64,000 nucleotides of DNA from NCBI GenBank assembly GCA_037379345.1, contig CM074524.1:27896750-27960749 (forward strand), in the 5' to 3' direction. Of this stretch, positions 13,090 to 26,901 are shown in pieces. Position 1 is the stretch's first letter. The number at the start of each line of letters is the position of its first letter. The translations under genes and the position numbers were made by a program. Origin of the DNA: Perna viridis (lineage: Eukaryota). Under the pieces are notes generated by a model that saw only the letters and a list, made by a program, of their open reading frames with translations, had not been told where the DNA came from and searched no databases.

Positions 13090-13680
13090 ATTGTAGTATA
13101 CAACAAATAGACTTCTAGTAATAGATAAACATCTAGTATATGGTATACAATCTAGTATACAATATGCATACTCATAGTTTATAAGATGGAAAAATTTGGT
13201 ATACAATATGCATACTCATAGTTTATAATATAAAGATGGTACATAACAACCATATGGTGCACAACAACCATCAAGTATATAATAAAAATTCAGCACATAG
13301 CTTACAAATATCTAGTATATAATTATAGCATATAACACAAATCAAGTATATAAGAAAAATCAGGTACTTAACAAACACACATAAATTTTAATTTAAGCTT
13401 AGTACAAAACAAACAAACATAAAGTATACAACAAAAATGTAGTATATAACAAACCCACATATTGTAAATAACAAAAATCTAATATACACTAAAAATTTCG
13501 TATATAACAATCAAACATACTAAATAACTTACGAAACAAGTATATAACTAGTCTATAAAGCAAAGGTCAAATATAATATAACATACATCAAATATACACA
13601 CATCAAACTTATAGTGGATAACAAAATATTAGTATAATGGTATACAACAAAGACCTCATTTATAGCAAACAGACATAGAT
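13090..13680. repeat. Degenerate low-complexity tandem region (tagtatataacaaa-like units)
   Basis: Repeated agtata/taacaaa motifs at ~20-25 bp spacing. Confidence 0.5.
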
Positions 13681-14875
13681 TAAATAAAAAGCAATCAATC
13701 AATTTGTGACAGGCACTTCCTGGAATACTCCAAAAACTCAGGTCATTTATTCATTGCTGAAAATGGCCCTAATTTTCATGATCCGAGTCGTCTTTGCGAT
13801 TGATGGCGTCATTGCTGTAAACATTTGGGTGTCATAATTTCAAAATAAGCATAATGTTGGCTAATTTCAATTGACCATTCATGTCTTTGGAAAGCTATTA
13901 TTCCGCTTGGTTTTAATTATCGAAACAAGCAAATGTTTCCAAAACTGGTGTACTTCCCAATAGTACTTTCAATAAATCAATATTGTGTTATGACCAATTT
14001 GAATGTCGGGTAGTAGGCCTTCATTTTTTTTTTTATATATTTCTTCAGTTTAAAGAATTTTTGCCTGAATATGTAGATATTCTAAATTTATAAAAGACAC
14101 GACGTAATATTGGCTATTCGTGTAGTATTTAGCGCGAGTTAGTTGAAGTCATGACTGACTTCCGATATAAATGGTGATGTCTGCTTAATTCGGATTTGCT
14201 AACGTGAAAATGCCGAATACAAGGTTATCCGCCATCCTGAAGAATCTTTTATTAGAGCTCATATTATATATGATCCTTAGTTTGCATTTGAACCTTTTTG
14301 GACTTTTCTACCATTTAGCTACCCATCCTTCGTCGGAAACATGTAACAAACAGACATCTGGTATAAAACAAACATCTAATAAATAAAACACAATCAACTA
14401 GTTTAAATAATCAATTATACAGTAAACTACTTGAAAATAAATGAAAAATCTTATTTGTGGAAGACATAACAACAAAATCATGTGTTGGTGTCTTTTACAA
14501 ACTATTCACAAAACATAATTTTGTCTAGACATGAATATGTATGCGTCTTAAATTATTCATGTGTGGTATTCATAATAATTGATATGTCAGCATGATTGAT
14601 CCCCCTTTGAATACTATATCTTTGACATAAAGTTAACAAACTAATCGGGAAATTTTGAACGTCCTCGGACTAAGTATGACGGACTTTTTAGCGCATAGCA
14701 CATCAAATGAGGGGAAACAGAATTGCGATCAGGTGACAAGAAAGAGCGTCCTTAAGATCAAAGGGTTTAAAAGCGAATCTATACCGACTGCGTCGGAAAA
14801 ACCTTTAGACAATCCTAAAGATCTGTTATGAATAATTGAGTTAAGATCACTACAAATCCATTTTTTCAAGTCAAT

Positions 14876-15198
14876 GAGTAATCCGGGGAACCAAGGTTAC
14901 AGTGGTAATCAAACGAATGCAATCCAGGGACAAAGACCAGACATGGAAAACAGACACACACAACAAAGAACATAAAGTAACTAAAATTATACATACAAAG
15001 TAACAAAAGCAAATGAGCAACTCGGACTCCACTAAAAACTGAGAACATGGACCAGATGCACCTATTTGTTAGAATTCTAACGCGATACAAAAAGTCAGCG
15101 TAGTTTAGGCAAGCTCTGGCATTACGTATGAGCTGTGATATGAACACTCCATACGCAGATGATGAAGGGATGTTGCCACAGACAAAAGGAAAGTTGAC
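14876..15198 (-). mobile_element. PLE fragment (RT C-terminal piece + tail, internally deleted)
   Basis: IVNFPFVCGNIPSSSAYGVFISQLIRNARACLNYADFLYR joined directly to the tail. Confidence 0.85.
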
Positions 15199-16158
15199 AA
15201 TAAAATTGTATTTCAAGGCTTAAATGGGACTTTTTTCAGTAAAAATTTTATTGACAAATAAACATTGATGGAGTAGTTCTTGATTTGGCACCTTTTTGCA
15301 GATGATGTAACAACTCTATGTTTTCAATGTTTCATTCAAAATTGGCTCTCTTGTTGACAAATTCAATTGTGATATTAAGTAACTCGATAAGTGATGACCA
15401 TCTGTCGTTTTTACATTCCGTATTACGTAATAACTTTTGGGGTCTGAAGTAGAATTCGCATTTATCATAAAACTTGCACAGTCTCCGTTGAAAAAAAAAC
15501 CGTCACTGATCACAGTTCATTCTGTTACCATTCCGCATCGTGCCTTTTGAAAATAGATGAAATGTTTTTTTCTGTCCCATTCAATTAGTCATTTTTATCT
15601 GGTTTCCTTAATTGAAAGTCGCTGTTGTTCTCATTTATTATATGGTTAATGATATTTGTTATAAAAATATATAATCACTTTCAATTGATCCAATATAAAA
15701 TATCCAACATGCTTTAAAGAAAAATGCAAAAGTATAAAAAGCAGGAACTGCTCATTTTTGCATCGATATTATATTAGTTTGTATTTAGTTTAGTATGCTT
15801 AGTTTTTGTTTATTTTTTTGTTTGGTTGTACTTTTAGTTCCCTTGTTTGTCTGTTGGTTTTAATGTTTGTATGCATATTCATTTTGCTCATTGTTTCTTC
15901 CTTGTTTGGTGTTTTGGCTTTCACAAACTTTATTCTCATTGTACAATCAAAATCGAGAGAATAGTTTGTTTTTACCATTTGAAATTTAACAATCAAGAAC
16001 ACATAACATTAAATGTTAATTGACAAGATAACATTTTTGTTTATAGGTTTTATTATCATGTACTTATTATATTTATTTGTTTCTAAAACATTTTGAATAA
16101 CAAAATAGCTTTTTAAAAGTTTTTACACTTTTGAGAATATAATCATAATGATTGAATA

Positions 16159-16340
16159 AGGGTAAAAACAAAATTACTCCGATCCATTATCAAATCAAGT
16201 CCGAATAATAAACCTGGCAATATAGATATAACACCATCGGAACTGGTACCGCAACGATCCTGACTTGGTACAGGCATTTCAAACAAAATAGTGGGTTAAA
16301 TCTAGGTTTTACAGCGCGCTAAACTTCCCTCTTCCATTGC
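16159..16340 (-). mobile_element. Dispersed repeat related to 1410-1468 and, inverted, to ~22280-22380
   Basis: agggtaaaaacaaaattac...aaatcaagtcc matches the reverse complement of 1415-1468; tgacttggtacaggcatttc...gtgggttaaa matches the reverse complement of ~22318-22359. Confidence 0.5.
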
Positions 16341-18570
16341 GGCGTGTAAATAAACTAAAAGTAAAGACTTAATATAAATACAACCCTTCCGTTTTATGTA
16401 AAAAGGTTAGATAAGATATTACTGGTTTTTTTTTCAATTTTAATTTGTTAAATCATATATGTGATGCCGATACAATAGCACAACCCGCGAGATATTTCCT
16501 ACTGACTTACATTACGTACCGGTCAAACGTTTTATCACTTATTTGTGCCGACTCTACGATATACGAAATATTGCGTATTACGTCGGCAATGATCTATTTT
16601 TTTATACCCTGGGTTAATGAAACAAATTTATTATCCCAGTTTTTTTCCCTATCCAGACGAATCGTAGATTCAATTCAACAGAATGGCAACAATACACATG
16701 AATGATAAATTAAGTATTGTTTCATCCTGGCAACTATCTATTCGGGTTTGTAATAAAGCAGGTTACTCAATATACAGCCCTATTCTAATCTAGGAGTTTA
16801 ACTAACATCACATGTTCCTGGGAGCAAAAGATTAGTGGTTTAAAGTGATTTAAATTTATTTGACACTAAAATAATCGAGGTTATCTTGGATATCTTTGTC
16901 ACAAACCTCACCAGGTTAAGGAGAACGTAATTCACTCTTTAGTTTTGCTGATTCGGTAATAAAATTTGATGAATGGCAAGATAAGTTTGTTTTATAAATT
17001 GAAGAGAATTATTGAAATCTAAAATTTATTATATTTGCTTGCGCATTTTGATAATCTTTTTCCACTTAAGGGTTAGATAAGACTTCAAAGGATTTACGTT
17101 ATAAATTAAAGCATTACTCAACTTGAGAAGATGATATTAGTTTCGTTCGATTTATAAAAGTTAATATTATATTGAATCACGCTCCGTCCCAAAACGTGTA
17201 TTTTGACATTAACTGTTATATCTAGTGCTTTCAAAAACAATACTTCCGTTTAATTTCTAAATGCCCACATTTTACGAAAAGAAAAAGTTAATTTGTGTAC
17301 TACATGTATCTGTGACAGGGTTAAACAACTTGAAGTAATTTTAATATAAAAAGATATTCCTGTTAAACCTTCAAACAGCATGATATTCTACTTTCTCGTA
17401 CTTTTCGTCCCCATATGTTTCGAAACACGAGTTCAACTCATGTCCAGTTTGTCTTTCATCGTTATGGCCGATCTATTTCCAGATTGACTTATGAACTACA
17501 TTTGTCATATATTTTATTTCTTCCTGTTAACGGACATGACCTTCATTGGGCATCACATTGGAAGTAGTAGCAGGAAATACTTACCCTCCCGGAGCATCCG
17601 AGTTCGTTCCCGGATTTGTGTTTGGTTTCCTGCTGCTTGATCTGCCTCGTGAATGTTTGGTCTTTCTTATTTTTTTCAAAGTTCAAAATGATAATTTTAC
17701 CTATATATTTATATTATAATGGGCAGTTCGGTTTTGTCGATATACTTTTCTTTTACATCGTAGAAAAAAAAAGATATATATATATATTCGTTTATGAAAG
17801 CATATTACATTATAAAAGCAGATACATTATTCTCATTATAAAATAATAATTTCCTTTGTGTTATTCTTTGAAAGCACCACTGAAAGATATCAGTTAGAAT
17901 GTAAAAAACGAGAAAACACTTTTCATGTAAGGCATTAAAAAACTAGAAACCGTGGAAATTGTTTAATAGATATTTGGATTGTATGAAACATTACATGTTA
18001 ACCTTTGAAGATATAATGTTTTACCGAACAACAGCCTTGTACAAAGTCATTTTCCTAGACATAAGACAGACTCGTTTTCTTGTATCCAAGGAAAGCATGA
18101 ATGGAAAGGAAAAACGCAAGCTTTGATGTTCAAAATATGTGTCACTGTGCTAAATCACTAGCAAAGTAGTCTTCATTTATAAGAGCTACATGACTATAAT
18201 TGAACTTAACTAAATTCTCTATTCAGACGTTTTCTTCATGTGACTCTTTGTATCGCTTAATGCTCATAAAAAGTGCGCACATTGAGGAAAGAATGAAGAT
18301 AACAGATAGTCATCCAAATACACCCTGAACACATACATGTAGCTAATTTGTGTGAGTTATTCAGTTCTGCACTTATGTAATAAGTTATGTACATATACTT
18401 GTGTATGTGTAAGGAAAAACTAATATTATTTGACGCAAATTTTTTTTGCTGTTCAGGCTTTACATCTGATATATACAGGATACAGCAAATATTATTGACA
18501 GGAGATGCAGTTGACAGGAGAGATGAAAAAGGTGCATTTATCAGCCTAAAAACAGATAAACAAGGGTTTA

Positions 18571-18796
18571 AAGAGTAATCAAGGGAACCAAGGTTATAGC
18601 AGTAATCAAAAGAATGTAATCAAGGGACAGAGACCAGACATGGAAAACAGACATACACAAAAAAGAACATAAAGTAACTAAAATCATAGATTCAAAGTAA
18701 CAGAAGCGAATGAGCAACTCGGACTCCACCAAAAACTGGGAGCATGGACCAGGTGTACCGGTAAGGTAAGCGTCCTCTGCTTTTCTAGAAACACCA
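18571..18796 (-). mobile_element. PLE 3' tail copy
   Basis: Same tail family. Confidence 0.85.
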
Positions 18797-18959
18797 AAAA
18801 CCGCACAAAGTATGCCTTATTTATATCGTACGGGACCTCATTTCAGTACATTGCATTTACTTCAATAATCTAGAATCCAGTGTCCTTGCTTGACAAAATA
18901 CCCCTTTCTATTTACCTATCATTCGGTATAGATCATGTATACCCAAACTTAGTCACTTC

Positions 18960-19254
18960 ATTATGGTGTATCCATCTGCACCATGCATATGAAAACTGAT
19001 TTGTTCAATATGTCATAGTTTTCCTTTTCTCTTACCTCTAAACCCGGTGGGTGTTTCTAAAAAACATTACCTTACCGGTGCATCTGGTCCATGCTCCAAG
19101 TTTTTTAGTAGCGTACGAGTTGCTCATTTGCTTTCGTTACTTTGTATGTATTATTTTAGTTACTTTATGTTCTTTGTTTTCCATATCTGGTCTTTGTCCC
19201 TGGATTACTTTCGTTTGTTTCCGCTCGAATCTTGGTTCCCTTGATTACTCTTTC
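18960..19254 (+). mobile_element. PLE fragment including the RT stop codon and tail
   Basis: MKTDLFNMS* (TAG at 19016-19018) followed by the tail. Confidence 0.8.
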
Positions 19255-20204
19255 ATTGAAATATAGTATCGTGTAGATCATTAGTACAAATGTGTACAAA
19301 GATATCCAAAGCATCTAATGATTCTTATTTTTACTATACATGTATTAATCGGTTTATGCTTAAAATTTCTAAAACAGGATAAAAGAGAAGCTGATACAGA
19401 CTAGAAATGAAGCACTTAATGTTTAGATGCAAACAACTTATATTCCTTTCTAATTTTCTTTTTAATCAGCTTCAATTAAGCGTATATAAAAGTACATTAA
19501 GAGGACCTGAGTCCATATGCATAAACCAATAAATATATAACACCCTTAGCTTAAATAATGATTGGACCCCATCAATATAAAGCGTTATGGAGATATATGG
19601 AGATATTATCAATCAAAACACAATATATTTCTTTTCAATGTAAACATATAGGTATATCTTATCAAGCACTGTTATTTGCTTTGCAAATGAAAAAAAGTTG
19701 TTAATGTGATAGATTTATTTATATCATAATCTTATAGCGATTTGTTAACACTATTTATGGACTACATACGTTAACATGCTTAACCTATTACATATATTAC
19801 GTCATTTTAACAGTCGTCGTATTGTTTTTTTTTCTTGTTTTTTGTCATATTTTGATACAGATTGTTTTCCTGCTTTTGTATCAACCGACTGATATGAAAT
19901 TTATACTTCGGAACAAGACTGACACTGGCCAACTTGGTTCAAAACCGAACACTGAATACATGTCAACCAGATTGGTAGAGAAAATACTCCCTACATAACA
20001 GTTCAAATGTATTGTGAAGCTTGATAAACCGAACACGTGTCTAAATGGAACCAATTTTAAGATTCAAAGGGAATTCGGTTTCGATGGTCTTCACTGTAAA
20101 GTTTTTATACAGAACCAGTGACAAATGATAACAACTCTGTAGATTAAACAAATAATTTAAAAAAAAATCAAACATGGCTATCGAGAACAAAAGGAGTTGC
20201 TGAT

Positions 20205-20596
20205 ATTAAACAATTACGACCCTCGGAGGAGGTGAACATCCAAAATTGTCAACCCGAACTAGGGTTATTTCCCTAAGGGCTTAAGCCCGAGGGGAATAAC
20301 CTTACTGAGGTTGAAAATTTTGGATATTCACTGAATTATAGTGCCATAATTATTTTATTATACCGAACAAACAAAGGACTGACAAAAAATGCAGTCGTAA
20401 TTTGCAAAAATGGGTTATTCACCTGCTCTTGTATGTTTGATGGGTATTTCACCGATGAATAGGGTTATTCAATGATGGCATGAAGTTTTGGGGTTATTCA
20501 ACCTTTCTTGCGATTAATACAAACAATACCCAAATTAATCATGTGATTATATTTCATAAAATAGAATAAATCCTTTAGTATGTAAGGTATAATAAT
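20205..20596. mobile_element. Unrelated non-autonomous element with the same hairpin + short inverted repeat layout
   Basis: ~100-bp palindrome 20232-20331 centred on gggcttaagccc; ttattatacc (~20355) is inverted relative to ggtataataa (~20586); internal gggttattca repeats. Confidence 0.6.
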
Positions 20597-23500
20597 CTGA
20601 AATACATGTTTGCTGATTGAATTTCTTTAATATTAGAGGATCATTTACCAAATATGCTGGAGACATTAACATCTGACAAAAACAAATATGATGAGATAGC
20701 GAAAACATTAAGACTAAACCGGCACAAACCATAACAATACAAATACAAATACTGGATCTACTTAAATGTACCGTTAAAGTTGCTCTTAAATTTAGGCAGT
20801 ATACTATAGTAACGAGCTGAATAACATAAAACCCATACCAAAATTAAATCAAAACAAAATTAATTGATCATATGTATGTCAAAGGTCCATTATCCTTAAG
20901 GATCTCTAGGACCTCGTTATCTTTAAGGTTTCAACAATCGGCGAATCAATTGTCACTTTTAGTTGAAGTAGTGACCGCAGTCTTGTAGTAGAAGGATATT
21001 TACTTATGATTGATATGGATAATACAATATAAAAACGAAAAAATAATGTGATTTCTACTTACCGACATAGATATGATTTCTGATAGTTGAATGGAACTTT
21101 TGTTATTTGTCATTACCTATAGTGTATAAAGTGTATTATTAGAAACCAATATTATAAAACAAGTGATGATTGACATTAGTATACATTCGGACTTTTGTTA
21201 TTTCTGAGGAGATATGTGAATTTGCATTAAAGGTTCGTTTTATTCAAGCGTACGTTTTTGTTCGCATAGGAGTGGCTTTTTTGCGCATATACTGCCGAAG
21301 GTAACAACGCCACGTTCATTGATTTCAGTTTATAAACTAATGTAATATCATGAACGGCTATATTGTTCGTTTTTGTAAAGTCAATTCAAAGAAAACCCTA
21401 CCTTAGTAAATACGAGATTTTATTACTGTGTCAATTTTTCAACATCAATTAAAAACAGTGCAAAACATTCTGATTTTACTCTGTGGAAGTACCCACAGTA
21501 CTATCAGTGCCGTTGTGTCCGTTAAATGGGATTCATCAATTAAATATGAATAAGTAACATCAGAATTGTGGTGATAAAGATACATTTACATTTATGCTAC
21601 ACTTGTATAACCTTTTAGTCAATACTTGTTTGTGAGCTGTATTTGTACATTTATAGCAATTAAAAAGAACTTTGTTTAATAATAGTCTATAGATATAATT
21701 TCAGACGAATGTCAATCCAAGATAATATTTGCGGAAGACCAAATCGTACTTCCGTGAGAAAGTAGGCCGTATGTACAGTAAAACCATCTTAAATATATAA
21801 TTATGGACTATACATATAGGACGTATCGTTTCTATTCTGTCAAAGGTAAATGTGAACGGTGTTTCCAGCTTCATAAGAGTCCAAATTGCTCTTGGCTCTT
21901 GACAGTTATTAATACAAGTACTCTTTTTTATTTTAATGATATTTACCCCTGGCTTTGACTGCCTCCGATTATTTTTAAGATCTGAATCTGTTATAATTTT
22001 GTAATAAAGTAATCAATAAAATAAATGATTAACAGTGATAATGATAAACATCCGAATGAAGGCGTGGTACAAATAGATGAATGTATATGCGGTTTATAAT
22101 TAGTTACAGTGCTGTTTTATAAAATCAAATTTCCCGTAATTTGTTTACGCAGTCGAATATATACATTACAAACAAAATTTAAGAAAGAAAAAAACTCGAC
22201 CTTGAAGAATTCTTCATTAATGGTATTGAGCCTGTGACCACAAATAAAACGCGCACGAATCAGATATACACAAAGTATGTCACGGGATGGTTTTGCGCAC
22301 TATAAAACCTATATGGTTTAACCCACCTTTTTGTATCGGAAATGCGTGTACCATGTCATGACCAATGCGGTGGTTTCAAACTTTCCCTTTCTTTTCCTTG
22401 ATATTGCCACTTACAATACGCACTTTCCTTTTGACTATTGCCAGTGTTTATCAGTTTTGTACCTTTGCTATTGCCCTTAATCGTTGGATATGTTCGTTAA
22501 CTTGACATTTTTAACTCGAGCTCATTTTGTAAATAGAACCTATATTTGTTCTGATACATTCTGATATATTGTGGCGTCTTGGATACAGTTGTTTCTATAT
22601 TTAGTAGTAAATTGGTCAAAACTTGTGTTTACTTCTTACCGATGTAAATAAAAGAGTTCGTAAGTTCTATGGGGTTATCATTTCTGTTCAAAATTTGATG
22701 AATGACCACGACCACCGCACAGACTGAAAGACCCTATTTTACCGAAACAGTCAGGGCCTTATGCACTTTACGAAACAGTTTCTGTATCTGAATTATACGG
22801 AAAATAATATAATAAATATGAATGCTCAAACAAAGAAGCTTACATATTGTATAAGTAACAATGTCAAATATATATGCATTTAAAGATATAAAGGTATACA
22901 TTTGGTGATTAATTAATCGGCAAAAAAAAAAATGGATTTCATTTATTATACATTTTTACAATGAAATGAAGTCTAATAAATAAACTTTACACAAAACCGA
23001 TTATTTTACGTGAAGTGTGTAGATTTTTTTTATTTGTTGCTGTGACATTAAGGTATATCATCGACAGAGCGTTGATCGTAATTTGAGAATATAAGTTACT
23101 GTAGCTAAAATATTATGCTACAAAAGTTTTGTAGTAGAAAGTATGCCCACAGAAAAATAGTTCGCTACATGATGATACGTAGTTGCTTATCTGAGTGGAT
23201 CAGCTTTTAGGCGCCAACGATGTTATAGTTTGTTCCGGAAGGACAATAGTGTTACCCTAAAACCAAATCAGTTGTGGTAAATCACATACATAGAGAAAGG
23301 TTAACGGAACAAAACCCAAATCAATGAAATCTAATGATCACAATATAACAAGTTGTCCCCGTTAAACATACACTTATTACCAAGTGCTTCAAAACATAGA
23401 ACTTATAAAAGTTTTTACATCAACATCAACAACCAGACAAATGTGAAATTACTACAGGCAGTTTTTCATGAAAGATTATAGATTGCTTACAACTTCAAAT

Positions 23501-24061
23501 AAAATCTGGAACAGAATTAAAGTAGATTAAAGTATGATTGTGACGTAATATTAACTGACTGACGCTTAATAAACCTAGTTCGAGCATACCTCGATTGGCT
23601 ATGATCAGATTTGTTCCGAATATACATGCAAAATACAATTGGTATCCAGGCTTAATTGATGTGATGCTATTGCTATTTCTGTGTCTACAATTTATTGTGT
23701 TGCATAGTGTCCTTTATATCCCTTCGTATGGTGTCCTTTTATTATTACCGAAGTTGTTTGCATATCCCTTTACTTGTACATTGTCTTCATCACAGATCCG
23801 TAGACAGTATCAGTATTTTGAAAAAGAAGTTATTCAAATTACGAGTCAAATATTTTCTGCAAGTCTTAGAAATTACATGCTATTCATATGTTATGAATAA
23901 ATATATCTTTTATATCTACAATGTGTGTCAACGGTGTGACTCATTTATTTTGTCTTCATTTTATATAATATTCTTTACTCCCTCTTTTCTCCATCTCTGT
24001 TTTTAAAGCCTTTTGATAGTGCTACGTTCTTGATTACGGTTAACGTCATATCATAATAACT

Positions 24062-24220
24062 NNNNNNNNNNNNNNNNNNNNNNNNNNNNNNNNNNNNNNN
24101 NNNNNNNNNNNNNNNNNNNNNNNNNNNNNNNNNNNNNNNNNNNNNNNNNNNNNNNNNNNNNNNNNNNNNNNNNNNNNNNNNNNNNNNNNNNNNNNNNNNN
24201 NNNNNNNNNNNNNNNNNNNN
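24062..24220. other. Assembly gap (159 N)
   Basis: Run of N. Confidence 1.
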
Positions 24221-24919
24221 GAAATGAATTCGTAAATCATCACAAAGGGGTAATGGCTGTCTAGAACAGTTTTTTTGTAATCAAATACAAATTGTTGTTA
24301 CCCATTGACAAATATGTCATTTATATCTCATGTTGTTACGTAATTGGCAAGTGTACTGATATGTTTACCTTGTGATAGATACTCGACAGACAGAATTGTG
24401 CACACTATGCAATTTTGGTTAATATTACAAAAAAAACTTCTGGTTACAAAAATATTATAGTTAGTCATTTGAAAATGCATGTCCAATGGAATAAGAGAAA
24501 ATTTCAGTCGATTCCAAATCTATTATGCCAGATAAAAAATATATTTGTTTCATGTCAAAGTTTTGTCATTTGTATGGTTGGTAGAATCAGGGAAATAAAA
24601 TAATTTTTAATGTTCTTGTTATAATCGACATTTTGTATTCAACCATTATTGTATTTATTACTAATATCCGACATTAAAAGGTTTAAATTTATCGAATTCC
24701 TTAAAATATGAGAACGTTGTCTGCGAACGTATGCGTAAGAGTCTTGTATATTTTATCAGCTTTCGATGACATATCACATCTATTTAGGAAATGGGTGAAC
24801 ATGTTAAAAAATGACATCCATAGTTTGTAAGTACAAATATCAAAACGCCAAAGATAGAATGTTACTCAATCCGTGAGGTACTAAACATTAAAAACGCATT
24901 TATTTTAACTATTATCTTA

Positions 24920-25319
24920 AGTAGCACTCCAGCTATGGATCATGCAAAATGTGATTCATTGGTAAAAAACCTACATATTTTTATTTTTGATATTTTGTTT
25001 GAATTGTCATAGTAAACAGAAATTAACATGTGGTTTTTCATATAACCCATGCTCGTAGGAGATAAAAATTATATAGAATGCACTGTAGATTTCAAAATTA
25101 AGGGAGATAACTCTGTAAATGGCGCTCAAATACAATAGAATCTACTGGATTTTCAATGTGGATTATCTCCTAAGAGCAGGCAGATTTGAATTAGTAATTA
25201 CACATTTCATAGTAAAGACTCATAAAACTTAATTATAAAAATAAAAATATGTAGCCTTTTCTGGGGTGTATCACTTTTTTGCAGATTTTGCATGATTCTT
25301 ACAAAGACAGCTACTTAAA
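24920..25319 (+). repeat. ~400-bp dispersed repeat; second copy at 62595-62996
   Basis: Colinear high similarity from agtagcac.ccagcta to gacag.tacttaaa. Confidence 0.85.
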
Positions 25320-26679
25320 AATGACCTTGTTTACCACCCATCATATATATTTCATATTCATATTTACTTTCTCTAAATTAAGGACTGATACCATACTATT
25401 TATTCATATCCCATGTCTTTTATTATCCGATTTGTACAATCATACCCAGAATGTATGACCAAAATACCAAACGTATTTCTGATAAGTCATCCTGACTATT
25501 AAGGCCATAGGGTATTTTAACAAAGAAATGGCAAATAATGAAGTAAGAGAGCATGTTGGACATTGAGACAGTAGTTTTATAATTATGAATTATAGTTTTG
25601 ACTTATTGTCTTGTCAATATTTTCGACACAATATGCGGAACGATTGACACAAGTAGACAATATATAGTTCGATATCAAAACCTTTCATTTGAAATGAAAT
25701 TGAACACAAATCCAGCTGCATTTAATTCATGTATACTTGAGCTATGCACTTTGAACCAAAAAATAAAAAAATGTGCTGCCGGACGTTGCTGTCTTCATTG
25801 CTCTGTCTGATTTTAAATTTTCGAGACATCGTCTCCTTCAGGTTTGGTCCCCATCTCCAAATTTCTTTTCTGCATAATCATTCGCGTGCTCATATTCACA
25901 CGTCTTCATTTGATTACAGCAGGAATAAAAAAAATGTCAATTAAAATATGTCTGTCGTCATGATTGTCTGTTTCTTAGACTACTGAATATGACAAACTAA
26001 GCTCTGAATAATCAGGATTTCATTTAAGAAGGTAGACCTAAGGTAAGGGGCACAATTCTTGCAACTCATTAGAACGTTTGTATTCAGCATTTGACATCAA
26101 TATCATGTAAGCATTAAAGTAACTCGGACTGATTTCATTCTGTTTCAAATGAAAACTTGATAGGCTTTGGTGACATTGAATATGATACAAACGTATCACT
26201 GATTTTAAGAGTTATTTCCCTTATCCCAGGTCTTCCTCCTTAATACTGTTTCCTGTGTGCTTCCTGTCGGTTCCAGTATATTGGTTTTTTGTTTTTTTTA
26301 AATTAACTTGTAAGTTGTTGATATTATTCTAATCTGCATTACCATTGTTTTGATTACTTCTATCCATAATTCATAATTCGTCTGTAATGACCTAAATGTT
26401 TTCTCGAATGACATCGGAGTTATTCAATTTCATATTTTATTTCTCTGTAATATGAAGTTTAATTTAGTGTAAAGTCAATGAGGAAATATAACGTTTATTG
26501 CAATGGCACACAAAAGTGAACTAATACTGTTGGCGACTTCTTGTATTCGTAATTTCAATACTATACATTCGTATATGATATTCGTATACAACGCCGTCTT
26601 ATTTTGCAAATAGGTGCCATCAAATCGTCATTACTAGCTTCATACAAGATCAAAATGTCCCTCTTGAATTCCATACACG

Positions 26680-26901
26680 TGTGTTCTACGTGTGAGGAAG
26701 CTTACCCCACCGGTGCACCTTATCCACGTACCCAGTTTTTAGCGGAGTTCGAGTCACTCATTTGCTTTTGTTACTTTGTATGTATGATTTTAGTTACTTT
26801 ATGTTCTTTGTTGTGTATGTTTGTTTTCCATGTCTGGTCTTTGTCCCTGGATTACATTCTTTTGATTACCGCTATAACTTTGGTCCACTTGATTATTCTT
26901 T
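26680..26901 (+). mobile_element. PLE 3' tail copy
   Basis: Same tail family. Confidence 0.8.
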
